Below, piece after piece: positions 8,556-18,935 of a stretch of DNA of 64,000 nt. This stretch comes from a virus: IMG/VR virus record IMGVR_UViG_3300023184_005116, positions 1 through 64,000 of that record; one strand, written 5' to 3'. The position numbers were made by a program, and so were the translations under genes. Under the pieces are notes generated by a model, which did not search any database, was not told the origin of the DNA, and was given only the letters and a program-made list of their open reading frames with translations. Within the stretch, counting starts at the first letter, position 1, and every line of letters begins with the position of its first letter.

Positions 8556-10184
8556 ATGGCAGAATTTAATTTAAGAAAAGCAATATTACAATACAGAAAT
8601 CCTGATATTTTTCTGGATGAACTTTCTGTGGTAGATACTACAGACCAAAAAGGAGATCCGGATGTTAATGATGCTAAAACTGGAAATATACAAAAGAAAT
8701 ACTTTGGTATGTCTGAGCCTTTAATTAGGATCAATAGTATTGTAGTAAAAGGACTTTCTTATTTTAAACTTGATGTTACCGGATTTAAACCTACTGTTAT
8801 TTTTAGATTCCAGACAATAGACGAAAGATTTTTGTTTACCTCTTTTCCAAAGGATGGTGATATTTTTTCTGTTTATATTAGAGCATTTGGTAATATGTTT
8901 AAGCCAATAAGAATGGACTTTATAATTACCGAGGTGGTATCGCCATTTTCAACCTCTTCGTCTCCGCTTAACGAAGAAAATAACTTTGAAGCATCTTCTG
9001 GTAGATTCCAAACCTATACAATAAGAGGCGAAGTAAGAATTCCTAGATTATATAAGCACGTTTCTAAAAGTTTTAAAGGTAATAGTACTGATGCTTTAAT
9101 TAAAATTGCTGAAGACCTTAATCTAGGATATGCTTCAAATGAGGTAAAGACAAATGATGCAATGACTTGGATTTCTCCTAATGAGGATTACGAGACATTA
9201 ATAAAGCATATAACAAATGGTGCTTGGTTAGGCGAGGAAGATTATTTTGATTGCTGGATCGATCAATATTATAATATAAATCTAGTTAATTTAAAAAAGC
9301 AATTTGATGAAAAAAACTCTAAGATAGAAACAATGAGGATGGCTTACGGAGCAGATTATAATAGCGACTTAGCCCCTGGTGCAGATACTAAAGAAGTTGA
9401 ATTTCCTATTGTTTTAACTAATTCTACTAATTATAGCAAATCACCTTTATTTATAACGGGTATGTCAATTGAACAACATGCTGGTGAAATAAACAACGAT
9501 CTTGGATATTTTCAGAAAATACAATTTTATGATGATAAGCTAAAATCAGATAAACCAAAAAACAAATATGTTAATTATGGTATAGAATCTGTAACCAATA
9601 AGGATTTAGGTTCTAGGGATTCATTAAATAAAGGAAGATTGGGCGAGTCCTTATACAAGGAAGAAATAAAAAATACTTACGTAGGGACAGCTTATTTTGA
9701 AAACATCCACGAGAATTTTCATCAAGCACAAGTCCAAAATATTCTTAATAGAAACGATAGTTATAAAATAGTATTAAGTGTTAAAAATAGAGCGTGGACT
9801 CCTTTTCTATATAGAGGACAAACATTTCCCGTTAATATAATGACAGAGGGTAGTTCTACTGTATCAGGGGATTCTAAATATACTGCTGCTAAAGGTGACG
9901 GAACATCTTTGGCTCCAGGACCAGACAAAAGAATACCGAATATATTTCTTTCTGGGAATTATGTTGTACTAGGATTTAATATCGAGTACAATAAAAAAGA
10001 TGGTATGCACCAAACTATGCTTTTAGGTAAGAAACAATGGACACTTAATCCTGGACTTGCATCAGACCCTTCAACTCTTGATCCTAAAGAAGATCCTGCT
10101 GAATTTAATGATCTTGTTCAAAACGCTTCAACCAATTTGCAAAATAATATGGGAGATATTAAAAACAATATCTTTGGAAAATAA
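8556..10184 (+). CDS. Putative baseplate hub protein (gp27/late-control-D-like)
   Basis: Between gp53-like and gp5-like genes; 'ALIKIAEDLNLG', 'DCWIDQYYNINLV' and C-terminal 'LSGNYVV' fit the hub architecture. Confidence 0.45.
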   Translation: MAEFNLRKAILQYRNPDIFLDELSVVDTTDQKGDPDVNDAKTGNIQKKYFGMSEPLIRINSIVVKGLSYFKLDVTGFKPTVIFRFQTIDERFLFTSFPKDGDIFSVYIRAFGNMFKPIRMDFIITEVVSPFSTSSSPLNEENNFEASSGRFQTYTIRGEVRIPRLYKHVSKSFKGNSTDALIKIAEDLNLGYASNEVKTNDAMTWISPNEDYETLIKHITNGAWLGEEDYFDCWIDQYYNINLVNLKKQFDEKNSKIETMRMAYGADYNSDLAPGADTKEVEFPIVLTNSTNYSKSPLFITGMSIEQHAGEINNDLGYFQKIQFYDDKLKSDKPKNKYVNYGIESVTNKDLGSRDSLNKGRLGESLYKEEIKNTYVGTAYFENIHENFHQAQVQNILNRNDSYKIVLSVKNRAWTPFLYRGQTFPVNIMTEGSSTVSGDSKYTAAKGDGTSLAPGPDKRIPNIFLSGNYVVLGFNIEYNKKDGMHQTMLLGKKQWTLNPGLASDPSTLDPKEDPAEFNDLVQNASTNLQNNMGDIKNNIFGK

Positions 10185-10193
10185 TTTATAAAA

Positions 10194-12848
10194 ATGGCAG
10201 ATTTTATTTCAGACTTTGGCTCTAATTTAAAAGGAAGTGTAATTCCTAATGGGGATGCTCTGAATAGAAAAATAGATTTCCAAAGAGAGAAATTCTTAAA
10301 GGGAATATCGAGTACAAAACACGGAAAAAAAGAAGATCCTACATACCTTCATTTTAAATTTATATTTGATTTTGGTAATAACTCCATAATGGATCCTGAA
10401 ACGTTCCTTGCACCTTCGCCTCTATTTAGATCTTATAATAGTAAGGATTATGCAGATATTTCTAAAGATATAGAGGATCAAGCAAGAAATGCTCAAAGTA
10501 AAAAAATAAATCCAGCAGATCCTACAGCAGTACAAGGAATAGTAGAAGATCTTAATAAAGGAACAGACAGCGGGTTTACCACAAGCGAGGATTTTTTCTA
10601 CGGGACAAAAGCAAAGATAGACGATAGAGCTAAGTATGGATTTTTCCCTATGCATGCTCCATTAGCTTATATGGGTGCTCAACAATTTGTTTATCAGAGA
10701 TCAAAGAAAAGACAACAAATGCTGCAGGCATTTAAAAAAGGATTGGAGTTTATAAATAAGGAATGCCCTTATTATTTTCAAACTTTAGGCGGGCTTGATA
10801 CTCTTTTAAAAACAGATATAGGTAATTATCAAAAGAAAATGGGTGCTCCTAAAAGAGCAGGTACTTTAACTGTAGATTGTATGGAGTCTATTGATATGAG
10901 AATTTTTGGACTTGCTGAATTATACAGAAAAGCAATGTATGATTACACATATCACAGAATAATGGTTCCTGAGAATCTTAGGAAGTTTAGAATGTGGTTA
11001 GTCGTAACGGAGTTAAGAAATATTCAATTATCTTATGGAATTAATGATATTCTTAATCCCTTTTCTATACCTTCGGTAGCGCAAGCCGCAAATTTTTTAG
11101 ATAGTTTTAATTCACAAACAGGATTATTAAATAATACCCAGGGGTTACTACAAAAATCTACCAATACTGAAAATCCAGGGAGTGATAAATTTGGTACCTA
11201 CGAAATGGGTCCTTACGCATTTGTTTATCAATTTGATCAATGTGAGTTTGATTTTGATGAGACTTTTCCTTCTTATAATTCAATAGATAATAAAGGCGGT
11301 GCAGCTGTTAATACTAAATTTAAAATACACGTCGGAAGAGTAAAAGATTATAAAATACAATTTAACCAATTAGCAGACGTTCTTAAAAAGGATGATAATA
11401 TTCAACAAATGGTTATATCAGATATATGGGGAAATTCTAATTCTGCCTATAACGAATATGACTACTCTAAAACTGATGGTATAGCACCAATAGATCTTAC
11501 CGATAAAGCAAATCCAGCAGAATTTTTTGCTCAGATGGCATCAAACTTTATAAACAACAGTGTAGCCGATTTAAAAAATCAAGGGGTCTCGATGTTACAG
11601 GGAGCAATTTTAGGAAACGCATATGGACTTGGAGGAATTAATGCTGCTCAAGCAGCATCTAGTGTCCAGTCAATAGTTAGTACTATTAAAGGCGGAGTGC
11701 CTAATCCTTTTGCTGACAATACACCTCAAGGACAAGGACTTGGAGGACCAAACGAAAGACAATACCCGGTTGTAAAAGATGACGTTTACCCAGGTGTTCC
11801 TGGAGCTCCTGGGCAAAATTTAGGAAACGTTATAACTAATACCCCAGGAAACAATTCTTTATCAAGTGATGTTTATGCGAATAATCCAGGTACAGATCTT
11901 GGCTTACCTGATAGACAATATCCGGTAGTTCCTCCTGGTGATCAATATGCAGGAGTTCCTGGATCTGATTTAGGAGTACCAGGAAGGGTTTATCCTGTAC
12001 CTAATACAGACGTTTATCCTGATAACCCTGGAGCAGATCTTGGCTTACCTGATAGACAATATCCTATAGTTCCTCCCGGTGATGAATATGCAGGAGTACC
12101 TGGTTCAGATCTTGGAGCTCCAGGAAGAATATACCCAATACCGGGAGGGGATGAATATCCAACAAATCCTAATACCGACCTTGGGCTTCCTGGTAGGCAA
12201 TATCCTGCGGTTCCTCCGAGCGACCAATACTCCGGAGTTCCTGGAGCAGACTTAGGAGTTCCTGGAAGGGTTTATCAAGAACCAGTAGGAGATCAATATC
12301 CGGATGTTCCTGGTGCGGATCTCGGTTTACCAGATAGACAATATCCAGTACCTCCATCGGGGGATGAATATCCAGATGTACCTGGAAAAGACCTAGGTGG
12401 AATAGGAAGAGTATACGAGGAGCCAAAAGGAGATGTTTACCCCGATAATCCAGGAGCAGATCTTGGTTTACCTGATAGACAATATCCTGCACCTCCTGTT
12501 AAAGACGAATATCCTAATGTACCAGGATCAGATCTTGGAGGACTTGGAAGAATATACGATCAACCAAATGAGGATGCTTATAAAGATGTACCTGGTAAAG
12601 ATTTAGGTTTACCTGATAGACAATATAAAGCAGCACCAGTGGAAGATGAATATCCAAATGTTCCCGGATCAGCTTTATCCGAGCCAGGAAGAGTTTACCC
12701 TAGAGTTAATTCTGATGTATATGACAAAGTGCCAGGAACGGATTTAGGTCTTCCTGGAAGAACATATAATAGAGTTATAGGAGATGAATACCAAGATGCT
12801 CCTTCTAATAATAATCAAAATTTAGGAAGGATATATCCTAAGAGTTAA
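10194..12848 (+). CDS. Virion protein with tube-like N-terminal domain and C-terminal Pro/Gly/Asp-rich tandem repeats
   Basis: 884 aa; TLTVDCMESIDMRI segment; last ~360 aa are PGxDLGxPxRxYP repeats. Confidence 0.6.
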   Translation: MADFISDFGSNLKGSVIPNGDALNRKIDFQREKFLKGISSTKHGKKEDPTYLHFKFIFDFGNNSIMDPETFLAPSPLFRSYNSKDYADISKDIEDQARNAQSKKINPADPTAVQGIVEDLNKGTDSGFTTSEDFFYGTKAKIDDRAKYGFFPMHAPLAYMGAQQFVYQRSKKRQQMLQAFKKGLEFINKECPYYFQTLGGLDTLLKTDIGNYQKKMGAPKRAGTLTVDCMESIDMRIFGLAELYRKAMYDYTYHRIMVPENLRKFRMWLVVTELRNIQLSYGINDILNPFSIPSVAQAANFLDSFNSQTGLLNNTQGLLQKSTNTENPGSDKFGTYEMGPYAFVYQFDQCEFDFDETFPSYNSIDNKGGAAVNTKFKIHVGRVKDYKIQFNQLADVLKKDDNIQQMVISDIWGNSNSAYNEYDYSKTDGIAPIDLTDKANPAEFFAQMASNFINNSVADLKNQGVSMLQGAILGNAYGLGGINAAQAASSVQSIVSTIKGGVPNPFADNTPQGQGLGGPNERQYPVVKDDVYPGVPGAPGQNLGNVITNTPGNNSLSSDVYANNPGTDLGLPDRQYPVVPPGDQYAGVPGSDLGVPGRVYPVPNTDVYPDNPGADLGLPDRQYPIVPPGDEYAGVPGSDLGAPGRIYPIPGGDEYPTNPNTDLGLPGRQYPAVPPSDQYSGVPGADLGVPGRVYQEPVGDQYPDVPGADLGLPDRQYPVPPSGDEYPDVPGKDLGGIGRVYEEPKGDVYPDNPGADLGLPDRQYPAPPVKDEYPNVPGSDLGGLGRIYDQPNEDAYKDVPGKDLGLPDRQYKAAPVEDEYPNVPGSALSEPGRVYPRVNSDVYDKVPGTDLGLPGRTYNRVIGDEYQDAPSNNNQNLGRIYPKS
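11883..12845 (+). repeat. Coding tandem repeat: alternating 24-aa and 23-aa units (141-nt period)
   Basis: CAGATCTTGGCTTACCTGATAGACAATATCC at 11893 and 12034 (141 nt apart); 13 units of PGxDLGxxxRxY...DxY plus degenerate ends. Confidence 0.9.
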
Positions 12849-12849
12849 A

Positions 12850-12878
12850 GAAACTACATAGATCTAATTTTGTATAAT
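12850..12878 (+). promoter_or_regulatory. Putative class A promoter (GAAACT-N17-TATAAT)
   Basis: Fills the intergenic gap before gp5; GAAACT 12850-12855, TATAAT 12873-12878. Confidence 0.55.
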
Positions 12879-12883
12879 TCAAT

Positions 12884-13744
12884 ATGTCATTAATTACTAG
12901 AAATATATTACAAAGAAGCAATGTTGAATCAGAACATTATCTTGGAGTAGTAGTGGATAATAAAGATCCAGAATTTAGAGGAAGAGCTAAGATAAAAGTT
13001 TTTGGTGTTTTTGATGAATTAGCAGATGAGGATTTACCTTGGTCACATCAAAGATTTGAAATGAGCTACGGTTTAGGTGGCGGGTCTGGAAGGATGTCAG
13101 TACCTAAATTGGGATCTGTAGTACACGTTCAGTTTAATAACGGAAATTATTATAGTCCTGAATATAAAGCAGTACAAGAGCTTTCCCCGGATTTAATTGA
13201 TGAAATAAAAGCTAGCTACGATGGAGCTCATTCTGTCATATATGATGGAATAGAAAGACTTAAAATGTATTACACCGTAGAGAAAGGTCTAGTAATCGAT
13301 TTAAAGGACTCTAAAATCATAATTAGGAATGATAATTCAATACTAATAACACACGCCGATGATTCTGCTTCTATAGAATTAAAGGGCGGAAAAATAACAA
13401 AATATGCGGATCAAGAAATAGAGAATACTGCAGTGACTAGAATTAAGCATTCTTCTGAAGAAGTATGGATGGACGGTAAAACAACCAATCTTGGACACTC
13501 CCCTGTTTTCTCTGCAGTTTGTGCAGAACCTTTATGGGACTTTTTGAAAAAACTTGCAACTGCAGTTGATGCTAAAATGCCCGCAACCCCTAGTGTAAAT
13601 TCAACCTTAGCTTCTAGCTTTGAACAATTAGCAACTAGTCAAACAGTAAGGGTAACAAGGGAAAATACACCAGATTTACCTACAGTACCTGCACAGAATA
13701 ATTTCCCTGTTTCTTTACCAGCAACCGGAGCAACCGGAGGATAA
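12884..13744 (+). CDS. Baseplate central spike, gp5/VgrG-type OB-fold protein (no lysozyme domain)
   Basis: YLGVVVDNKDPEFRGRAKIKVFG...DLPW...VPKLGSVVHVQF.NGN..SP OB-fold signature followed by short beta-repeats. Confidence 0.85.
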   Translation: MSLITRNILQRSNVESEHYLGVVVDNKDPEFRGRAKIKVFGVFDELADEDLPWSHQRFEMSYGLGGGSGRMSVPKLGSVVHVQFNNGNYYSPEYKAVQELSPDLIDEIKASYDGAHSVIYDGIERLKMYYTVEKGLVIDLKDSKIIIRNDNSILITHADDSASIELKGGKITKYADQEIENTAVTRIKHSSEEVWMDGKTTNLGHSPVFSAVCAEPLWDFLKKLATAVDAKMPATPSVNSTLASSFEQLATSQTVRVTRENTPDLPTVPAQNNFPVSLPATGATGG

Positions 13745-13745
13745 G

Positions 13746-16700
13746 ATGGCAGAAAATGATAACATATCGTCTAGGATTGATCAATTACTAGGAAAAGATT
13801 TTTCAAGTCTTAGTACCGACGAAATAGTACAAACTATTACTGGACAGAAGGTGGATATTCCTTACGAGGACCTACAATCTGATGAAGGGTTTAATAAAGA
13901 ACTTGAAAAATCAAATAAAGAAGTAGAAGCACTAATTGCTAGTTTAGAGCCACAAAAGCCACCTATACCTATTTCAAAAATAGAAGATTTATCATGTAGA
14001 TATGAGGGGGATGCTTTATATAGTCACATTATTATAGAATCATTAAAGGCTAATAACAAATCCCTTTATAACGAGATGCTAAATTCTGGAGTTATAGATC
14101 AAAAATCTATAGTTGCTTCTGATCTTGGTGTTAAATCTGGGGCAACGTCTTTAAATAAAAAAGGCAGTATTTCTTCTGATGGAATAACAAAATTTCTTCT
14201 TGAAAAAGATCCTGACTTTTTAGAAAAAACAAACGAATCTATATTTGATAATTTAGATCCTTTAACTGTTGGTAAACCGTCTAATTCAGGATCTAAGAAA
14301 AAAAGAGAATTAAATATTCTTGGTTTTAAGATTCCTCTTGAATTTATAATGTCTGGTAAAAAAATACTGCACGTTAAAATTGGAGGTCCTAAGCTTACTG
14401 TAAAAGAAGCAATTGATAAAATAAACAAGATAACAAAAGAGCAAAATAAAAGCTCTAAACCTTGTGATTTTGACGACCCAAATGATGATAGTATAGGAGC
14501 TAACAAGGAAGCAGACCAAGGAACATCCAGAATAGATGATTATGATTCTAATTTTTATCCAGATGGTGACGATCCTATTTTAGACCAGGACTGCGCTCCA
14601 GGTTTACCTGAAGATCCTATAACTGGTGATGTCATAATTACAAAAGAAGCATTTGACGATTCTGCTTCTGATTTTTGTGATCCACCAGCATATGATTTCT
14701 CTGGATTAAATCCAGATGAGGCAGATCCAGAATCAGCCCCTGTAAATATTGATGCAATACAATCTTGTATAGATTCTGCGTTAGACAAGTCAAAAAAGAT
14801 AGACGACAAGAATAAAGAACTGGCTAGGTGGCAAATGATAGAAAGAAACATTGAAGAAATGTTCTATCATTATGAAATAATTTTTGAATATCAAAAAACT
14901 CTTTCTGATACATGGAGAAATAGAAAAAACTTCCCTGTCGAAGGAGATCCTTTACCAGTTCAAGCAGCATATCAAGCTTTAAGTTATAACGACCAAGAAA
15001 GAGAAATAAACATACAGATAAATTCTGCAGAGCAGGATTTTACAAACAATAAGAATTTATTTTTAGACGCTCATCCGATATTAACAAAAGAGATATTTAA
15101 TTTCAGTGTTTTAGATACTGAAAATTATTCTAGTCTAAGTGACGAGGAACTCAAAACCGTTTTTACTATTAACTCAATATCTGGAAAATCTCCTGTTACA
15201 TATGACGATTCTAAAAAATCTTTTCCTATAGATGAAGGCGTTAAAGATTTCCGTAAAAATATAGATGACATAAGAAATATTTTAATAAAAGGGAATTTTA
15301 TAGAATCTCTTAAATCACAGAGGGATGAAATAATTTCTTTAAAGAAATCAAATCTAGATATTCTAAAAGAAAGAACGGGAAAGGATAGTAATATTAATGA
15401 TCTTGAAAAATCCTTTACCGGAAATTATACGGATCCACTAGATCCTTATGGACAGGGTATAGATCAGATGATTAGAAATAATAGGGTTTTTGAAGACATT
15501 TCTTCTCCAATAGGAGAGGAAAGAAAAGGATATCCTTTTATAACTTCTTTACAAAAATTCTCGGCTAGATTTAAAGAAGTTAATTTTGTAAAATTAAAAG
15601 GTGAACTTAGTTTTGAGCTAAGCTTTATGACTGATTACGGGTTACCTCTTCCTTATAAAACTACTAAAAAACCTGGTAAAATATCAATGAACGGAGCTCC
15701 TTCTGAGCCTTTGATAGATGTTACCGAGCCAGATCAGGAAAAAATTAAAATAGGAAATGAATATGCAGGAAATGGAGGATTGTTATACGGAAATCCTACT
15801 GACTATTTCAACAGCTATCAATTCTTAAAAATAAACAATATTAAAACCGGACAAGATGATGTTGCTAAGTTTTATGATTTTGTAGAAAAAGTTATAAAAA
15901 CTAATGATTCTAAACAAAGTATTGTAAATAAAATAAAAGAGGACAGGGGAATATTATACGGAGAGCTTATAGAAAAATCTGCTTCTACGTGGTTATTTTT
16001 TAGTGCAGAAGAAAGAGGGGATAACGATGCTAGAGATCCTTCCAAGTTAAGACCTTCCAGTTTTGATGCAGAAGGAGAGCCAACTCCTGCTTTTAGTGAT
16101 TTTTGGGGTAACTTTAAAGTAAAATGGGATCAAAAATATAACAGCATAAAAACCCAAATAATAAACCCAGCTGTAGAGGATATTAAATCTAAAGCAAGAG
16201 ATGCTGGTACTGGATTAGGAAATACCCTTCCGTTGTCTGATATTGTAGGAGCAAGGATCTTTGAAAACTATTTTGACATTAAAAAGAAAGTAGAGCAACT
16301 TCAGGATGTTATGCTAATTGCAGCAGAGAAAAGAAAAGAAGCGGAGGATTCTTTATCTCCTTCTGCTCTTGAAAAAAGCTTTTCTGATATAAAATGCGCA
16401 GGAGCAGGTAATGGTACAGACCAGAACGATCCTGAAAACTGCCCTCCTGTATGTTGTGGACCTGCTGGAGCGGATTTTAAATCGGGGGGTAATTATTTAC
16501 TTTCGTCTCCGCCAAGTTCTGATTGTCCTACTATTTTTCAAAAATGTTGGTGGAAGCAATTTTGCAAGGATGTTACTAAGGTTGGACTTCTTCCTTATCC
16601 AAATGGATTACCACCTATAGAAAATACTTCTTATTTTCTTTCGGCTGGGCCAAGTGTTAGACTTGGATTAAAATATTGGCCAGTAGGATATTTACCTCCT

Positions 16701-18878
16701 GCTTTTATACCTATTCCTATACCTAATCCAATTGACGGACTTCCTTATATAAGGATACCACTTCCTATGATATGGACGATCATACCGCCTATTGTTATAC
16801 CTCTTCCACTTAATTTAGGGATACTTGTTATATTTATTCCTTTAATTGGCGGTTTTATGCCAACGCCTTTAGTTTATATAAAAGAGTTTGTAACCGGTAG
16901 TTCTTTATTTCTAACTGGAATTAGAGGACCTAGATTTATACCGAGAAAGTCTGATCCTAAAATAAAAGATCCATTAGAAAAAATTAAACAAGCTCTTTCT
17001 TTCGGTATTCCTGATAAATTAATACCTCTTCCTGGTTTTGGTTTAGATAATATAGATTCGCCAACAAGAATCATAACTGATATACAAAGTAACTTTACAA
17101 AGATATTAGATAGTATACCTCCCCCCGGAGATGTACAAGTATTAAGAGATGCACAAATAAAAGAATCAGGTATAAAAGAAAGCATACTTTCTAAGAAGAA
17201 AGAATACGACAAGAAAGCCGCGTTAATTGATGACCCCAAGCCTGATTTTACAAAAGAAAAGGAGCAACTTGATGCTATAATAAACGAAAGAAAAAATGCC
17301 CTAAAGGGTGTAATAAAAGATTATTTAGATAAAGGTATACCTAATCCTAAGTCGATTTATTTCCCAAAGGATAAAGACAAATTAAAAATAGATATTCCCG
17401 GTATTGTAAAATCCCTTAGAATACTAAAAGAAATGAAAGCAAGTTTTGTCCCTGTTAAATGTGGGGGCGATATTAATTTCAAAGACGAAATAAGAGAAGT
17501 TTTAAAGCTTATTAAAATACCAACACCTCCTAAATATATTTTAGAAAATACAGACGTATCAAATTCAAACAAGATTTTTCTTAAGATTGATAAGGATCCA
17601 AGAACTATGCTTGATGACGAATTTAAAAATCTGGTAAGAGAAATAAGAGCGGTTTCATTAGTTATAACTCACATATTATTAAAGGGAAATAAATTCTCAG
17701 TTACTCGTAAAGTTAGACGTGGTGCTTTTTCTATTATTGATAATTGTGAATATCAAGGGACATTTGCATTTCCTCCTGTTAAGATAACTAATTCTGCACC
17801 AAAGGCTTTAAAGTTTTTAAAAGTGCCTAATCCAATATTACTAGCAATGTATGCTAGAATTATGGAAGGTATGGGTAAGGCAGAATACAGAAGAGAAGAT
17901 TTTGCTAGATACGTTAGATACGACGGAGAGAATCCAATATTGGTAATAAGAGTTAAGGATCTTAAAAAACTTATTGCTAAAAAAATAGGTTTGTCAAGAA
18001 GAGGACCTTTTGATCCAGAAAGACCTTTGGATAGGGAAGAGCCACAAATATCTAAATTCCCGCACCCTGAAAGTCCTTTATGTTGTCTTGAGTCATTAAA
18101 TGGAAGTTTTGGAAATGCAATATCTGCATTTGAAATGCCAACCGTATTTCCTCCAAAACAAGACCAGATTACACAATCTCCTGGTGCTGGCGGAATTATA
18201 CAAATAACAATACCAGGATCTATAATTAAAAGCTTTGTTGTTGATGCTATTGTAAAATCTTTGGATACCGGATTATTGGAAGAAATATTTCCAGAAATTA
18301 ATGATATTAATTCACCGAAGTTTGTAAACCTTCAGCCTGCTGATATACAAAAGATGGTAAGAAATATGATTAGAGATAAGTTTAATCCAAGCTCTCCTGA
18401 TATACCTAATTTTTTAAATATAGCAAAAATACCTGTTTTACCACCGGCTAGACCTACCGATATAATAGAGCAAGCTCTTATTGGTATGGGTGCACCTCCT
18501 CCAGCAAGAATAGTTTATAGTCTTTTCTGGAAGTATTTTAAAGGTGTACCTAAAACGCCCCTATTGGAAAAGATAACTATGCCTGCAATAGAGCTTTCTT
18601 CGACTATTCTTCCTAAGATTCCTTGGCCTTTAACTGTTCTTCTTGGGAGAAACGTTGTAAATTTAATAAACCCCATAGTTATGTCAGACGATCATCCTTC
18701 GTGGAGAAGAATGAGTTTAAAAAATACATACTACGTTGTTTATATAGACGAATTTTTAAGAAGCGCTGCAGACGTTTCTGGACTATTCAAATTCTTTTTG
18801 GGAGCAGCGGATCCAGTTTATCCAATCCCAGAATTGCCCTCAGAATTGCAAAAAGCTTTTAATCTAAAAAAATATTAA
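13746..18878 (+). CDS. Giant hypothetical protein (1710 aa), probably virion-associated
   Basis: Directly after gp5; acidic Cys-containing region, coiled segments, Cys cluster and a Pro/Ile hydrophobic stretch. Confidence 0.6.
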   Translation: MAENDNISSRIDQLLGKDFSSLSTDEIVQTITGQKVDIPYEDLQSDEGFNKELEKSNKEVEALIASLEPQKPPIPISKIEDLSCRYEGDALYSHIIIESLKANNKSLYNEMLNSGVIDQKSIVASDLGVKSGATSLNKKGSISSDGITKFLLEKDPDFLEKTNESIFDNLDPLTVGKPSNSGSKKKRELNILGFKIPLEFIMSGKKILHVKIGGPKLTVKEAIDKINKITKEQNKSSKPCDFDDPNDDSIGANKEADQGTSRIDDYDSNFYPDGDDPILDQDCAPGLPEDPITGDVIITKEAFDDSASDFCDPPAYDFSGLNPDEADPESAPVNIDAIQSCIDSALDKSKKIDDKNKELARWQMIERNIEEMFYHYEIIFEYQKTLSDTWRNRKNFPVEGDPLPVQAAYQALSYNDQEREINIQINSAEQDFTNNKNLFLDAHPILTKEIFNFSVLDTENYSSLSDEELKTVFTINSISGKSPVTYDDSKKSFPIDEGVKDFRKNIDDIRNILIKGNFIESLKSQRDEIISLKKSNLDILKERTGKDSNINDLEKSFTGNYTDPLDPYGQGIDQMIRNNRVFEDISSPIGEERKGYPFITSLQKFSARFKEVNFVKLKGELSFELSFMTDYGLPLPYKTTKKPGKISMNGAPSEPLIDVTEPDQEKIKIGNEYAGNGGLLYGNPTDYFNSYQFLKINNIKTGQDDVAKFYDFVEKVIKTNDSKQSIVNKIKEDRGILYGELIEKSASTWLFFSAEERGDNDARDPSKLRPSSFDAEGEPTPAFSDFWGNFKVKWDQKYNSIKTQIINPAVEDIKSKARDAGTGLGNTLPLSDIVGARIFENYFDIKKKVEQLQDVMLIAAEKRKEAEDSLSPSALEKSFSDIKCAGAGNGTDQNDPENCPPVCCGPAGADFKSGGNYLLSSPPSSDCPTIFQKCWWKQFCKDVTKVGLLPYPNGLPPIENTSYFLSAGPSVRLGLKYWPVGYLPPAFIPIPIPNPIDGLPYIRIPLPMIWTIIPPIVIPLPLNLGILVIFIPLIGGFMPTPLVYIKEFVTGSSLFLTGIRGPRFIPRKSDPKIKDPLEKIKQALSFGIPDKLIPLPGFGLDNIDSPTRIITDIQSNFTKILDSIPPPGDVQVLRDAQIKESGIKESILSKKKEYDKKAALIDDPKPDFTKEKEQLDAIINERKNALKGVIKDYLDKGIPNPKSIYFPKDKDKLKIDIPGIVKSLRILKEMKASFVPVKCGGDINFKDEIREVLKLIKIPTPPKYILENTDVSNSNKIFLKIDKDPRTMLDDEFKNLVREIRAVSLVITHILLKGNKFSVTRKVRRGAFSIIDNCEYQGTFAFPPVKITNSAPKALKFLKVPNPILLAMYARIMEGMGKAEYRREDFARYVRYDGENPILVIRVKDLKKLIAKKIGLSRRGPFDPERPLDREEPQISKFPHPESPLCCLESLNGSFGNAISAFEMPTVFPPKQDQITQSPGAGGIIQITIPGSIIKSFVVDAIVKSLDTGLLEEIFPEINDINSPKFVNLQPADIQKMVRNMIRDKFNPSSPDIPNFLNIAKIPVLPPARPTDIIEQALIGMGAPPPARIVYSLFWKYFKGVPKTPLLEKITMPAIELSSTILPKIPWPLTVLLGRNVVNLINPIVMSDDHPSWRRMSLKNTYYVVYIDEFLRSAADVSGLFKFFLGAADPVYPIPELPSELQKAFNLKKY

Positions 18879-18885
18879 AAAGTTG

Positions 18886-18914
18886 GAAATTTTAATCCAA
18901 TCTCACACTAAAAT
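18886..18914 (+). promoter_or_regulatory. Putative class A promoter (GAAATT-N17-TAAAAT)
   Basis: Intergenic, upstream of the S1-like gene. Confidence 0.5.
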
Positions 18915-18935
18915 AGAATACAAACATCAAAGTAA

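Noticed and set aside
11883-12845. Regularly spaced ~30-nt near-identical repeats that could be mistaken for a CRISPR array
   Set aside because: Repeats are in-frame coding units with synonymous variation, the 'spacers' are themselves repetitive, and no cas genes are present
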